Assembly (NCBI RefSeq): GCF_004010195.1
Contig: NC_057740.1
Span: forward strand, 43,269,633 to 43,333,632
Reading direction: 5' to 3'
DNA: 64,000 nt
Source: Chiloscyllium plagiosum
Lineage: Eukaryota
This document shows positions 1 through 11,887 of the stretch, in pieces. Each line of letters starts with the position of its first letter. Position 1 is the first letter of the stretch. The notes under the pieces are model-generated. The model was not told where the DNA came from and did not search any database. It worked only from the letters and a program-made list of their open reading frames with translations. The position numbers and the translations under genes were made by a program.

Positions 1-690
1 TAAGATTCGCATCCAACAGCATTTATGGCAGATATAATCCGCAGTAACCCTTAAACTCTCTTTAAACTCCCACATCTGACAAGAAGTACATATCACTGCA
101 AAGGCCATTTTTGCTCCTTCACAATCTACAGACCCAGAAAGTAACATCGTCTTATTCCTCTACAAACACTGCCCCAGGTTAAATTAATAGCTATGGCTTA
201 TATTTTAAGTTTAATCAAGAGAGACTAATCTCCAAAAACATATAATCAAGAAAGAATCCACTATACTCACTACTGCAGCCTCTCACTTGGACAGACTTAA
301 AATAACAATTAACTTATCTAATTCTGTGCTGTGAACTTCGCCCAACAGTTCCTCCAAGATTAGTTGTGAATTTCACTGTTTGTTAATTTTCCCAGATGCA
401 CTTCGATGTCCAGCGATACACAAATTCAAACAGCAAAGGAGGTAACTGTGCAGGTTCTCTCTCTCTCTCTCCTGCACTGACCTCACCATGTGCTTCCTTT
501 GTCTGCTCTTCTCCCTTTTAAAACTGCTGTTGTTTTGACTTTTTTTCCCGAAAGTTCCAAAACAAACAGTAATTGCTACTCCTGGAATTTGTGGAAACCA
601 CCTCCAACACCTAAAATACCTCAAAAAAAAGGGGAGCAGCTCTTACAGCCAGAATTTTTTTCTGTCCTCCATCTTGGATTACCCAGAATC
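1..690 (-). mobile_element. 5' end (UTR + ORF1 start) of a CR1 LINE
   Basis: Minus strand from the ATG at 108 reads MAFAVICTSCQMWEFKESLRVTADYICHKCCWMRIL, the CxxC-MWE...CxKC zinc finger typical of CR1 ORF1. The upstream UTR boundary is approximate. Confidence 0.7.
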
Positions 691-1140
691 ATGGAAAAGC
701 ATAAGCCTTCCATTAAAGTTATTAATTTTAAGGCAAATTTTAATGGTGCAAGACTCAAATGTTGATTGGAGTAGACTGTTCACAGATAGAAGGATGTCTG
801 ACTAGTGAGTATTTGAGAGCGTGATGAGGAGTGTTCAGAGGCATTTTGTTCCTGTTAGAGTGAAGGGAAGGTTGGTAAGATTAAGAAACAATGGATGAAT
901 AAAGATGTTGAGGTTCTCGTCAAGAATAAAAGATGATCTTATTTTAGATATAGATAACTTGGTTTAAGTGAATCTGTTAATCAATATAAAGAGTGTAGAG
1001 GCATTCATAAGGGAGAAGTGAGGAAGGCAAAGAGGGGATATGAGATAACATTGGCAGATAAGGCGAAGGATAATCCAAAGAGATTCTACAAGAAGAAGCA
1101 AGAGCAAGAGGTTAACTAGAGAGAGGGTAGGGCCTCTTAA

Positions 1141-2885
1141 CATTCAAGACACAACCCACGCCCTCCACCTCCTCCAAGACTTCAGTTTCCCCGGCCCCCA
1201 ACATTTCATCTTCACCATGGATATCCAGTCCCTCTAAACCTCCACCCGCCTCCAAGCCAGGGCCTCCAAGCCCTCCGTTTCTTCCTCTCCGGATGTCCCC
1301 AATAGTACCCTTCCACTGACACTCATTCATTTGGTTGAACTGGTCCTCAACAATTTCTCCTACGAATCCTCCCACATCCTCCAGACTAAATAGGTAGCCA
1401 TGGGAACCTGTATAGGCCCCAGCTATGCCTGTCTCTTTGTTGGCTATGTAGAACAGTCCATCTTCACCGGCACCACTCCCCACCTCATCCTCCGCTACAT
1501 TGATGACTGCATTGGCGCCACCTTGTGCTCCCGCGAGGAGATTGAGCAATTCATCAACTTCACCAACACATTCCACCCTGACCTTAAATTCACCTGGACC
1601 ATCTCTGACACCTCCCTCCCTTTCCTGGACCTCTCCATCTCCATTAACGACGACCGACTGGACACTGATTTTATTTTTTACAAACCCACCGACTCCCACA
1701 GCTACTTGGATTACACCTCTTCCCACCCTACCTCCTGCAAAAATGCCATCCTGTATTCCCAATTCCTCTGCCTCATCTGCTCCCAGGAGGACCAGTTCCA
1801 CAATAGAACACACCAGATGGCCTCCTTTTAAGCCCACAATTTCCCTTCCCAAGTGGTTGAAGATGCCCTCCAACGCATCTCATCCACATTCCACACCTCC
1901 GTTCTCAAACCCCACCCCTCCAACCGTAACAAGGACAGAACCCCCCTGGTCCTCAACTTCTACCTCACCAACCTTCGCATAAACCGCACCGATATTTCCA
2001 CCACCTCAAATGGATCCCACCAACACAGATAAATGTCCCTTCGCACCCCTTTCCGTTTTCCGCAAAGACCATTCCGTCCGTGACTACCTGGTCAGGTCCA
2101 CGCCCCCCTACAACCTACCCTCCCTTCCTGGCACCCTCCCCTACCACCGCAGGAACTGTAAAACCTGTGCCCACACCTCCTCCCTCACCTCCATCCAAGG
2201 CCCTAAAGGAGCCTTCCACATCCATCCCAGTTTCACGTGCATATCCACCAATATCATTTATTGTATCCGTTGCTCCCGATGGAGTCTCCTCTACATTGGG
2301 GAGACAGGATGCCCCCTTGCAGAGCGCTTTAGGGAACATCTCCGGGACACCCGCACCAATAAACCCCACCGCCCCGTGGCCCAACATTTCAACTCCGCCT
2401 CTCACTCTGCCGAGGACATGCAGGTCCTGGGCCTCCTCCACTGCCACTCCCACACCACCTGATGCCTGGGAGGAAGAACGCCTCATCTTCCGCCTCGGAA
2501 CACTTCAATCCCAGGGCATCAATGTGGACTTCACCAGTTCCCCAATTTCCCCTCCCCCAACCTTACCCCAGTTCCTAACTTCCAGCTCAGCACCACCCTC
2601 ATGACTTGTCCTACCTGCCAAACTCCCTTCCCATCCGTCCCATCCTCCCCTCTGACCTATCACCTCCATCCACCCATTGTACTCTTTGCTACCTTCTCCA
2701 CAGCACTCCCCCTCCCCCATTTCTCTCTCCAGCCTGGAGGCTCCCTGCCTCCATTCCTGATGAAGGGCTTTTGCCCGAAACGTCGATTTTCCTGCTCCTC
2801 GGATGCTGCCTGACCTGCTGTGCTTTTCCAGCACCGCTCTAATCTAGACTCTGGTTTCCAGCATCTGCAGTCCTCACTTTTGCCT
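1141..2885 (+). mobile_element. 5'-truncated Penelope-like retroelement (RT + GIY-YIG endonuclease + pLTR), frameshifted
   Basis: PLE RT motifs MGTCIGPSYACLF, LRYIDD, LPFLDL, FYKPTDSHSYLDYTSSHP. CKTC linker, then GIY-YIG NIIYCIRCSR..LYIGETG..LAERFREH. Flanked by the duplication GCCTCTTAA (1132-1140 / 2882-2890). Confidence 0.92.
2753..2788 (+). ncRNA. Minimal type-I hammerhead ribozyme motif (family A) in PLE pLTR
   Basis: ATTC-CTGATGA-A-GGGC-TTTT-GCCC-GAA-ACGT-C-GATT: core CUGAUGA/GAAA, 4-bp stem II, palindromic ACGU helix III, GUC cleavage triplet (after 2784), stem I AUUC/GAUU. Confidence 0.8.
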
Positions 2886-3228
2886 CTTAATGATCAAGGA
2901 GTTCGTCTTTGTGTTGAACCTCAGGAGATGGGAGAGTTACTAAATGAATAATTCGTCTCAGTTTTTACTGTGGAAAAAGAAATGGAGTCTGCAGAATGCA
3001 AAGAAATAAACTTTGATGTTTTAAAAACAGTTCACATTACAGAAGACAAAGTTCATAAGGTTTAGAGAATATAAAAGTTGATAAACTTCCGGAACATTGT
3101 GGGAAGTAAGGGAGGAAATTACGAGATCCCTTGCAGAAATATTTGCATCATCCATAACTATGGGTGAGGTGCCTGATGACTGGAGGGTGGCTAATGTTGT
3201 ATCTTTGTCAAGAAAAATTGTCAAGAGA

Positions 3229-3728
3229 NNNNNNNNNNNNNNNNNNNNNNNNNNNNNNNNNNNNNNNNNNNNNNNNNNNNNNNNNNNNNNNNNNNNNNNN
3301 NNNNNNNNNNNNNNNNNNNNNNNNNNNNNNNNNNNNNNNNNNNNNNNNNNNNNNNNNNNNNNNNNNNNNNNNNNNNNNNNNNNNNNNNNNNNNNNNNNNN
3401 NNNNNNNNNNNNNNNNNNNNNNNNNNNNNNNNNNNNNNNNNNNNNNNNNNNNNNNNNNNNNNNNNNNNNNNNNNNNNNNNNNNNNNNNNNNNNNNNNNNN
3501 NNNNNNNNNNNNNNNNNNNNNNNNNNNNNNNNNNNNNNNNNNNNNNNNNNNNNNNNNNNNNNNNNNNNNNNNNNNNNNNNNNNNNNNNNNNNNNNNNNNN
3601 NNNNNNNNNNNNNNNNNNNNNNNNNNNNNNNNNNNNNNNNNNNNNNNNNNNNNNNNNNNNNNNNNNNNNNNNNNNNNNNNNNNNNNNNNNNNNNNNNNNN
3701 NNNNNNNNNNNNNNNNNNNNNNNNNNNN
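3229..3728. other. Assembly gap, exactly 500 N (likely fixed-size scaffolding gap)
   Basis: Run of 500 N. The CR1 sequences on the two sides look like different subfamilies. Confidence 0.9.
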
Positions 3729-4950
3729 TAAAGTTAGCATGGTTTCATCAAGGGGAGGTCATGTCTGACAAATCTGCTAGAATTCTTTGAGGAAATAACA
3801 AGCAGGTTAGACCGAGAGCCAATGGATGTTATCTACCTGTGTTTCAAGAAGGCCTTTGTCACGGTGACTGAGTAAGATTAGGGCCCGTGGTGTTAGAGGC
3901 AAGGTGCTGGGCATGGACAGAAGCTGGGCTGTCTGGCATAAAGCAGAGTGGGGATAAAAGGGTCCTTCTCAGGATGGCAGCCGGTGACAAGTGGTGTTCC
4001 ACAAGGGTCAGTGTTGGAACTTTTCACTTTATACATGAACATCTAGATGGAACTGAGGGCCCTCTGGCTAAGTTTGCAGATTATACAAAGATAGGTAGAG
4101 GGACAAGTAGCATTAAGGAAGAGAGAGGCTGCAAAAGGTTCTGGACAGGTTAGAGTGGGCAAAGTGGCAGATGGAGTTCAATGTGGGAAAGTGTGAGGGG
4201 CTCATGCATTTTGGTAGGAAGAATAGAGGCATGGACTATTTTTCTAAATGGGAAGAAAATTCAGAAGTCTGATGTGCAAAGAGACGTGAGTTCTAGTCCA
4301 GGATTCTCTGCAGGTATACTTGCAGGTTGAGCCTGTAGTTAGGAAGGCAAATGCAATGATGGCATTTATTTGAGGACTTGAATGTAAAAGCAGGATTTAC
4401 TTGAGGCTCTGGACAGACCACATTTGGAGTATTGTGCACAGTTTTGGGTCCCGTATCTCAGGAAGGATGTGTTTTCAGAGGAGGTTCATGGTGATGGTCC
4501 CAGGAATGAAAAGCTTGACCGATTAGGAGCATTTGAGGACTTTGGGTTTGTACTGAGTTTTGAAGGATTTGGGTTTGTACTGAGTTTTGAAGGATTTGGG
4601 TTTGGGGGTGGGGTGGTGTAGAATCTAATTGAAACATTCAGTATACTGAATGGCCTGAACAGAGTGGATGTTGGGAAGATCTCCCCATTGGTCGGAGAGA
4701 CTAGGACCCAAGGGCACAGCCTTTGAGTAAAGGGAAGATCCTTTAGAATGGAGATAAGTGTGGTGAATCTATGGAATTCATTGCCACAGACAGCTGTGGA
4801 GGCCAGGTCATGGAGTATATTTAAGACTGAGATAGGTTCTTGAGTATCAAGGAGATCAAGGATTATGGGGTTTGAGAAACACATCAACCATAATTGAGCC
4901 TGTTCCACCATTCAATGGTCTGCCCTAATTTCTGCTCCTGTCTTATGGGA
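3729..4950 (+). mobile_element. CR1 LINE 3' RT fragment, decayed
   Basis: [46 protein letters not shown] and a CR1 3' tail. Internal 27-bp tandem duplication at about 4542-4600. Confidence 0.85.
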
Positions 4951-5525
4951 TGTGTGACAGGTGGGGGTGGGGAGGGATGGTTGGGGAACAGGTGGGTTGG
5001 GGGCACCTCTGGAAGTTCTGTCTTTGGGGGTGAGGTATCACAGCTTCATGCTGCTGATGTGCCCCCCCCCCTGATTATTGAGGGTGGTTTGGGTAGTATT
5101 GTTGGGGGGGGGTGGAGACTGAGACTCACTGGTTTCCATCGTCTTCCTCAGGAAGGAGAAGCAAAACGCTCTCCAGAATAAAACTGAAGCTGCAAAGTGT
5201 TAAATTGAAGATGGTGTACAGTGAGTCAGACATTTACAAGATTGTTGATTTGAGCTGATTAGTGTATAAAATTGGAGCAGTGCAACACTGTAGCTCAAGG
5301 GACATTACCCTCTCGCAGCCAGAATTAAACCTGCCTGGTTGGCAGCCATAAGATAAACAGCCAGGTTGTCTGGGATTTAAAGATGTTAATTGAGGATGTC
5401 AAACTGAGGGAAGAACAGGATGTGAATAACTGAGGTTAACAAAGGGGAACCTGAATGTTTTAAAGGGGTAGTGAATTTGTCAATGACCTGGATTTTATTG
5501 GGATGTTTGTGCATTTGGTCATTAA

Positions 5526-5657
<132 letters not shown>

Positions 5658-5742
5658 TAGGGGCTGTGGCTATTGGGTTCAGCTTGACAGCACAATGTTG
5701 GCTTTATCTGACTCCATTTGCATTGTTTAAATTTCCATTCAG

Positions 5743-5845
5743 AGTCCACTCTCCATCTGGTGCTGCGTCTGAGAGGTGGTGTTTTGGACCCGTCCCTCCG
5801 CATTCTCGCTCAGAAATATAACTGTGACAAGATGATCTGCCGCAA
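5743..5845 (+). CDS. UBA52: UBA52 coding exon (ubiquitin C-terminus + eL40 N-terminus)
   Basis: AG/GT-flanked 103-bp exon: [33 protein letters not shown](K). Phases are compatible with both neighbouring exons. Confidence 0.97.
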
Positions 5846-6329
5846 GTGAGTAGCTGGAGAGACTTGCTCAGTGGTGTGGTCATTTCTTTCCTTTGAAGAA
5901 AAAGGTTATGCAGGATTTTTGGGGGGGGGGGAGAAGAGAGAGGAGGGGGGGGGAAGAGTGGAGTGGAGGTGGTTGCCTAGCTGCAAGAGGAAAAGGAGGG
6001 GATTCACACAGCCCCTAACCTGCACTAACATGCTGTCACTTAGACTTCCACTGTCTTTTGTAAGGGCTGATATTTTTGACATTGCCTATGAGCAGCCTGG
6101 ACGGTTTTTTTAAGAAAAGGCTCTGCCTCCTTGTTTTGCATCCTTTCCTACATCCCTCGGGGCCCCCTCTAAAAATCCAGATGGTGACTTCATTGACTGA
6201 CTAATCCCCTAAAGTCCCTGACTTAGATCACACCTTGGGTTTTCCACTTGTGGGTGAATTCTGATTCAGTCTGTGCGATTCTCACTGTTCAGAAAATATT
6301 CAGCTGCCTATTATAAAAACAAAAATGGT

Positions 6330-6780
6330 CTTAGAGCACAAACAGACCCTTCAGTCCAACTCTGCCATGCCAGCCAGGTTTCCCAAATAAGTCCCATTTG
6401 CTTGTTTGTTCCATATCCCCCTAAACCTTTACCGTTCATGCACCTGTCCAGGTGTCTTTAAACTGAACCTGCATCTATCACTTTCTCTGGCAGTTCATTC
6501 ATATGAACCGTGCAATATGGAAAACATTGCCAGAGGTTTCTTTAAATCTTCCCTCTCACCTTAAACCTGCGCCCCCTAGATTTGAACTCTCCTGCCCCTG
6601 GGGAAAAGACCTTTACTGTTCACCTTGTATCACTCATAAGGTGACCTCTTTAAGGTCACCCCCTCAACCCCTTATGCTCCACTGGAAAAAGTCCCAGCCT
6701 ATTCAGCTCACCTTATCACACAAACCCTCCAGTCTTGGTGACGTGCTTGTCCATCTATTCTGCACCCTTTCCAATTGAAT
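6330..6780 (-). mobile_element. CR1 3' end fragment in UBA52 intron
   Basis: Similar to the other CR1 3' tails in the window (acagacccttcagtccaac...ccctctcaccttaaacct). Confidence 0.7.
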
Positions 6781-7333
6781 ATGGAGATCATGAAACAAAA
6801 CAGCAGGAAGTGTGAGAGTAACTCTGGTGTTTTGAGCTCAATATGACTCTAATTAGTCAAATATGACAAACTTCAAATGCGCAGTCAGACCTTAGTATCT
6901 GCATTTCTAAGTTTGTCTTTTGTGTTTCTTGAGTATCCTTCATTTGCCCAGTCTGAAATTGAGGGGTATCAAAAATGTCCCTCCCCAATCTCACTTAATA
7001 ATTTCTGACAGACATTTGAATTGGAAATCATATACTGTTGATGATCAGTACAGAGCAAGGTTGCAGAATGGGCAGTGGGAAAAGAATTTCTGCACAGAAA
7101 AATGGATTGTTTTGTTTTAAAACCAGAGGTCACAGATTGTGGAAGCTAAAGTCTGTGAAGTAGCAGAAGGAAAGGATCTAGCAGTACAAAGTCACCAGTC
7201 AAAGATGTGCTGCCAGTTAATGAAAGCTGTAGGCTTTAGTTTGGGAGAAACGACCACTCAGTGAGGAATGTAACAGGCTAAGCTTTGCTGCTTTTAATCT
7301 TTAACTGTCTGCTTTTCCCCCTATCCCAAACAG

Positions 7334-7427
7334 GTGCTATGCACGCCTCCACCCTCGTGCATCAAATTGTCGTAAAAAGAAATGTGGCCACACAAACAAC
7401 CTGCGCCCTAAGAAGAAGCTGAAGTAA
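7334..7427 (+). CDS. UBA52: UBA52 last coding exon (eL40 C-terminus)
   Basis: CAG acceptor at 7331-7333; [30 protein letters not shown] then TAA at 7425-7427; zinc-binding Cys residues intact. Confidence 0.97.
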
Positions 7428-7478
7428 CTTTTGGGGCAGTTGGTGTCCTCGGCATGTTTGTGTTTGAGCGAAATCTCC

Positions 7479-7484
7479 AATAAA
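7479..7484 (+). terminator. UBA52: UBA52 polyadenylation signal AATAAA
   Basis: AATAAA about 50 nt after the stop, followed by GT-rich sequence; a short 3' UTR is typical of ribosomal protein genes. Confidence 0.8.
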
Positions 7485-7661
7485 AGTGTGCGTTGCATCA
7501 CACTCAGTTGCTGTATCTTTGTGCATCAGTGTGACTGGGAGGGTGAGGAAGGAGGGTGGTGTGGGGGCTCTGGGCTATCCAGAATAAAAATTTCATGAGT
7601 CTGTTTTAACTAAATTGATTTTATTACAATCCAAAACTGAGACAAGTGACAACTAGGTTAA

Positions 7662-9050
7662 TATAGAGTCAGAGATGTACAGCATGGAAACAGACCCTTT
7701 GGTCCAACCTGTCCATGCCGACCAGATATCCCAACCCAATCCAGTCCCACCTGCCAGCACCTGGTCCATATCCCTCCAAACCCTTCCTATTCATATACCC
7801 ATCCAAATGCCTCTTAAATGTTGCAATTGTACCAGCCTTCACCACATCCTCTGGCAGCTCATTCCATACACGTACCACCCTCTGCATGAAGTTTCCCCTT
7901 TAATTCTCTCTCATATCTTTCCCCTCTCACCCTAAACCTATGCCCTTTAGTTTTGGATTCCCCGACCCCAGGGAAAAGACTGTTTATCCTATCCATGCCC
8001 CTCATAATTTTGTAAACCTCTATAAGGTCAACCCTCAGCTTCTGACGCTCCAGGGAAAACAGCTCCAGCCTGTTCAGCCTCTTCCTGTAGCTCAAATCCT
8101 CCAACCCTGGCAACATCCTTTTAAATCTTTTCTGAACCCTTTCAAGTTTCACATCTTTTCTGATGGGAAGGAGACCAGAATTGCATGTAATATTCCAACA
8201 GTGGCCTAACTAATGTCCTGTACAGCCACAACATGACCTCCCAACTCCTGTACTCAATACTCTGACCAATAAAGGAANNNNNNNNNNNNNNNNNNNNNNN
8301 NNNNNNNNNNNNNNNNNNNNNNNNNNNNNNNNNNNNNNNNNNNNNNNNNNNNNNNNNNNNNNNNNNNNNNNNNNNNNNNNNNNNNNNNNNNNNNNNNNNN
8401 NNNNNNNNNNNNNNNNNNNNNNNNNNNNNNNNNNNNNNNNNNNNNNNNNNNNNNNNNNNNNNNNNNNNNNNNNNNNNNNNNNNNNNNNNNNNNNNNNNNN
8501 NNNNNNNNNNNNNNNNTGAGATCTAACCTTGCTAACCAATCTCCCATGTGGAACCTTGTTGAACACCTTACTGAAGTCCGCATAGATCACATCTACCTCT
8601 CTGCCCTTATCAACCCTCTTTGATACTTCTTCAAAAATCGCAATCAAGTTTGTGAGACATGATTTCCCACGCACAAAGCCATGTTGACTATCCTGAATCA
8701 GTCCTTGCCTTTCCAAATGCATGTACATCCTGTCCCTCAGGATTCCCTCCAACAACTTGCCCACCACTGAGGTCAGGCTCACCGGTCTATAGTTCCATGG
8801 CTTGACTTTACCGCCCTTCTTAAACAGTAGCACCACGTTTGCCAATCTCCAGTCTTCCAGCATCTCACCTGTGACTATCAATGATACAAATATCTCAGCA
8901 AGAGGCCCAGAAATCACTTCTGTAGCTTCCCAGAGTTCTTGGATACACCTGATCAGGTCCTGGGGATTTAGCCACCTTTAACCATTTCAAGGCATCCAGC
9001 ACTTCCTCTGCTGTAATCTGGATATTTTGCAAGATGTCACTATTCTCCTA
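7662..9050 (-). mobile_element. CR1 LINE 3' half (RT), contains N gap 8278-8516
   Basis: DWRLANVV..FKKG, NYRPVSLTSVVGKLLE, QHGFVRGKSCLTNL, LERVQKRF and a CR1 tail ending near 7665. Confidence 0.9.
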
Positions 9051-9590
9051 CCTGTAAAACGATTGAAGACTGTTTCCCCTTAATCCTAGTGCAAAGTTGA
9101 TGGATAATCTAAGATTCAGTTTTAATTGAAATCCGATTTGTTCCCAGTTTTATGAAAATATCACAATTCATTAGCAAGAAATGATGTGGCAACTATCAGC
9201 TTCTCAGATATTTTAACCAAGAGAATTGCAGTCTCACATTTTCTTTCTCATGATACCCTGGGTTTGTGAAACAATGTGTCCAGTCAGGGTTGCTTGTTAA
9301 CAGTCAGCGCAAACTCCAGCTCTTCACAGCCAGACTTTGCAGCATTAAAGGCAATTAAACCCCCTCAAACCCAGCAATGTTCTCATAATCAACATTGTTC
9401 ATATCTTTCCCTGGTTAAAAATTGTCCAATCCATCATGGGGATAGCTCCCTGCCCCAGCATCTCCTCCATCCTTCCAGTTTCAGTTGCGTACCCTATCCA
9501 CAGCTTTGTGGGGTAATTGCCCGAGTGACCTAGCTTGGATTTTGATGTGATTCTCCTTCGGTAGATTCCCATCAGCAGAAGCTGCTTTTC

Positions 9591-9596
9591 TTTATT
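9591..9596 (-). terminator. Candidate polyA signal of the PAR4-like gene
   Basis: First AATAAA I found on the minus strand after the stop, about 670 nt downstream. Confidence 0.35.
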
Positions 9597-10263
9597 GAAG
9601 TCTTGACTCTTTAATGGTGAGGCAGAGTAGTGGCAAAGAAAAATCAAGGAAAAGGAAATCCTATGGTCTAGAATTAGTAGTATACGATTGAAATTTACAA
9701 AATTGATCAGTACAGACCTTGTCGAGGGGATCAGTGACCAGGATGCATAATGTTGAGGTAAGAGGTAGGAAGTTTAGAAGAGACACTATGAGAAAAAGCT
9801 TCTCCCCACCAGAGGGTGCTAGAGGCAGGACCCCTCAACAATTAAGTATTTAGATGGTGCACTTTGGCTGTCAAGGTATATGAGGCTGTGGGCCAAATGC
9901 TGGGAAATGAGATTACAATTGCTTTTGAACGGCATGGAATCTAAAAGGCCTTTTTCCTGTTATGTAAGTCTGTAACAGTGACTGGTTGTGATCTAGGATG
10001 TCTCCCTGAAATGGCAGGGTCAACAGGTTTAACTTCCAAAAGGACTGATGTTACTCTGGCAGATGATGCACTTAAAACTGCAGAAGCATTTAAGATCATC
10101 CAATTGAAGTTTCAAAAGAGTAGAAAGGTTTTGAATCTGATGAGCCTGTATGTCCCACAATAATTCTTATGGTTTCTGGTTAGAAAGCACTTGGTAATTC
10201 CTACACACTAGTCTTGAGAGTGAAATTCCCTGAGGAAGCTTCTCCTTGAGCTGAGAAGGAAAA

Positions 10264-11300
10264 CTACACTGGCTGGTGACCTGGCTGGGATGTGCTGTTG
10301 CTCTGAATGAGACTCTGAGCTGACTTTCCAGAACTTGTTTCATTTCTCAGGGTAGAGATTGCAGTTCTGAGTTTATCTCTGAACTCTTCAGAGATGTAAT
10401 AGTAGATGAATGGATCAATGCAGTTATTGAAGGTGCTGAGAACTTGGCAGATCATGGTGTAAGCATAAGTGTCACTGTTGCGTGTGTTGGACTGGGCTAA
10501 CAAGATCACCTGAAATGGAGTAAGGCACAGCAGGAATACTAGCAGAACTAACAGTGTGACCTTTATCGCTTGGGCATATTGCTTGCCATTTGACACCAGT
10601 GTGGCAATGACTGACACATAGCAAAAGACAGTGATTAAACAGGGAATTGCAAAACCTAAAACCACCTGACAAGCAGTGTAATAGAAGTAGTAACCAGACA
10701 GTGCCTCGTCTGGGAGTGCATCATTGCACGTGGTGATATTGAGAGTGTGGATCCGATAAGCCTGCTGGTTGATGTAAAAAGGCAGCAGACCAAGAATGAC
10801 CAGGAGCCAGACTGTGGCACTGACGCAATATGCGGAGCGTGTCCTCCGGACTTCCTTTGAGAGGAAGGGATGTACAACAGCCAGGTACCGGTCAACACTG
10901 ATGCAAGTTAGGAACAGAATGGAACTGTAGACATTCCCATAGAACAGCACAGTGCAGGCCCGACACAGCAGCTCTCCAAAGGGCCAGTTGTTTCCCAGTA
11001 GATAGTAGGAAACTCTAAAAGGAAGGGAAAGGGTCAGGAGGAGGTCAGCCAATGCCAGGTTCAACAGGAAGATGGTAGAGGGCAGCTTTTTAATTCGAGT
11101 GAGCAGGACCCAGAGAGCCAGGGCATTGGCTGGAAGGCCAATGCTGAGCACCAAGAGATAAAGGCAGGGTAGCAGGACTGTGGTCAGTGCACTTTTCAGG
11201 TACATTGGAGTTGAATCATTGAAGGTGTTGATTGTTTTGTTTTGCTTCTGAATGATGGGGAATCTTCGGTTGCCACTTGCATCTTTCTTCCTTATGCATT
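10264..11300 (-). CDS. F2RL3: Protease-activated receptor 4-like GPCR, exon 2 (tethered-ligand region + 7TM)
   Basis: Acceptor ttttcttgcttaaatcacag ends at 11301. The phase-1 exon opens CIRKKDASGNRRFPIIQKQNKTINTFNDSTP in frame with the 313-aa ORF. PAR motifs: GLPANALALWVL, KLPST, WPFGE, SVDRYLAVVHP, TCNDALP, CIDPFIYYYISEEFRDK (PAR4 as recalled: CVDPFIYYYVSAEFRDK). Orthology versus paralogy is not resolved. Confidence 0.85.
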
Positions 11301-11756
11301 CTGTGATTTAAGCAAGAAAACATGTTACCAACAATGAGGATCGATTACAAGGGGAAAGATTGACAGGCCCCTGGTCGACACTTTGTTTCATTGAGAATTG
11401 ATAAGACGGAAGAGTTTAAAATGTGGACATGAGATCAGTATCTCCTCAATGGCAGCAGAGCGTACCCACTGACGTGGAAAGGATGCAGCTTTTAGCAACT
11501 CAACTGTTTCACCTGATCAGCAAACCTCTTGGGAATGAGATGGGGAGGTTGGACAAGAGAGCATCAGGGCTGGAGTCAGAGTCCTACAGCATGGAAACAA
11601 ACCCTTTGGTCCAATCATTCCATGCCGAACATAAACTAAACTAGTTCTACTGCCTGTGCTAGGCCCAAAGCCTTCCAAATGTTTCTTGCTCATATACTTC
11701 TCTAAATGTCTTTTAAGCACCGTCATGGTACTCACATCTGCCACTTTCTCTGGAAG

Positions 11757-11887
11757 GTTAGCCCAGCATGGTGCTGGAAAGGCACAGCAGGTAAGGCAGC
11801 ATCCGAGGAGCAGGAACCTGCTGTGCTTTTCCAGTACCACTCTGATTTAAACTCTGGTTTCCAGCATTTGCAGTCCTCACTTTTGCC
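11757..11887 (+). mobile_element. Short fold-back Penelope pLTR insertion
   Basis: Inverted arms ggtgctggaaaggcacagcaggt / acctgctgtgcttttccagtacc, pLTR end gcagtcctcactttttgcc, and an 18-bp direct duplication TGCCACTTTCTCTGGAAG (11739-11756 / 11884-11901). Confidence 0.85.

Larger units (their letters stand above)
691..3228 (+). mobile_element. Decayed CR1 ORF2 fragment split by a Penelope insertion
   Basis: KAKRGYEITLADKAKDNPKRFYK...RERVGPL before 1140 resumes at 2886 (DQGVRLCVEPQEMGELLNE...EVPDDWRVANVV). Confidence 0.85.

Noticed and set aside
5846-7333. Intronic snoRNA in the ribosomal protein gene
   Set aside because: I found no convincing C/D box pair with a terminal stem or H/ACA hairpin pair by eye; a snoscan/Infernal run would be needed.
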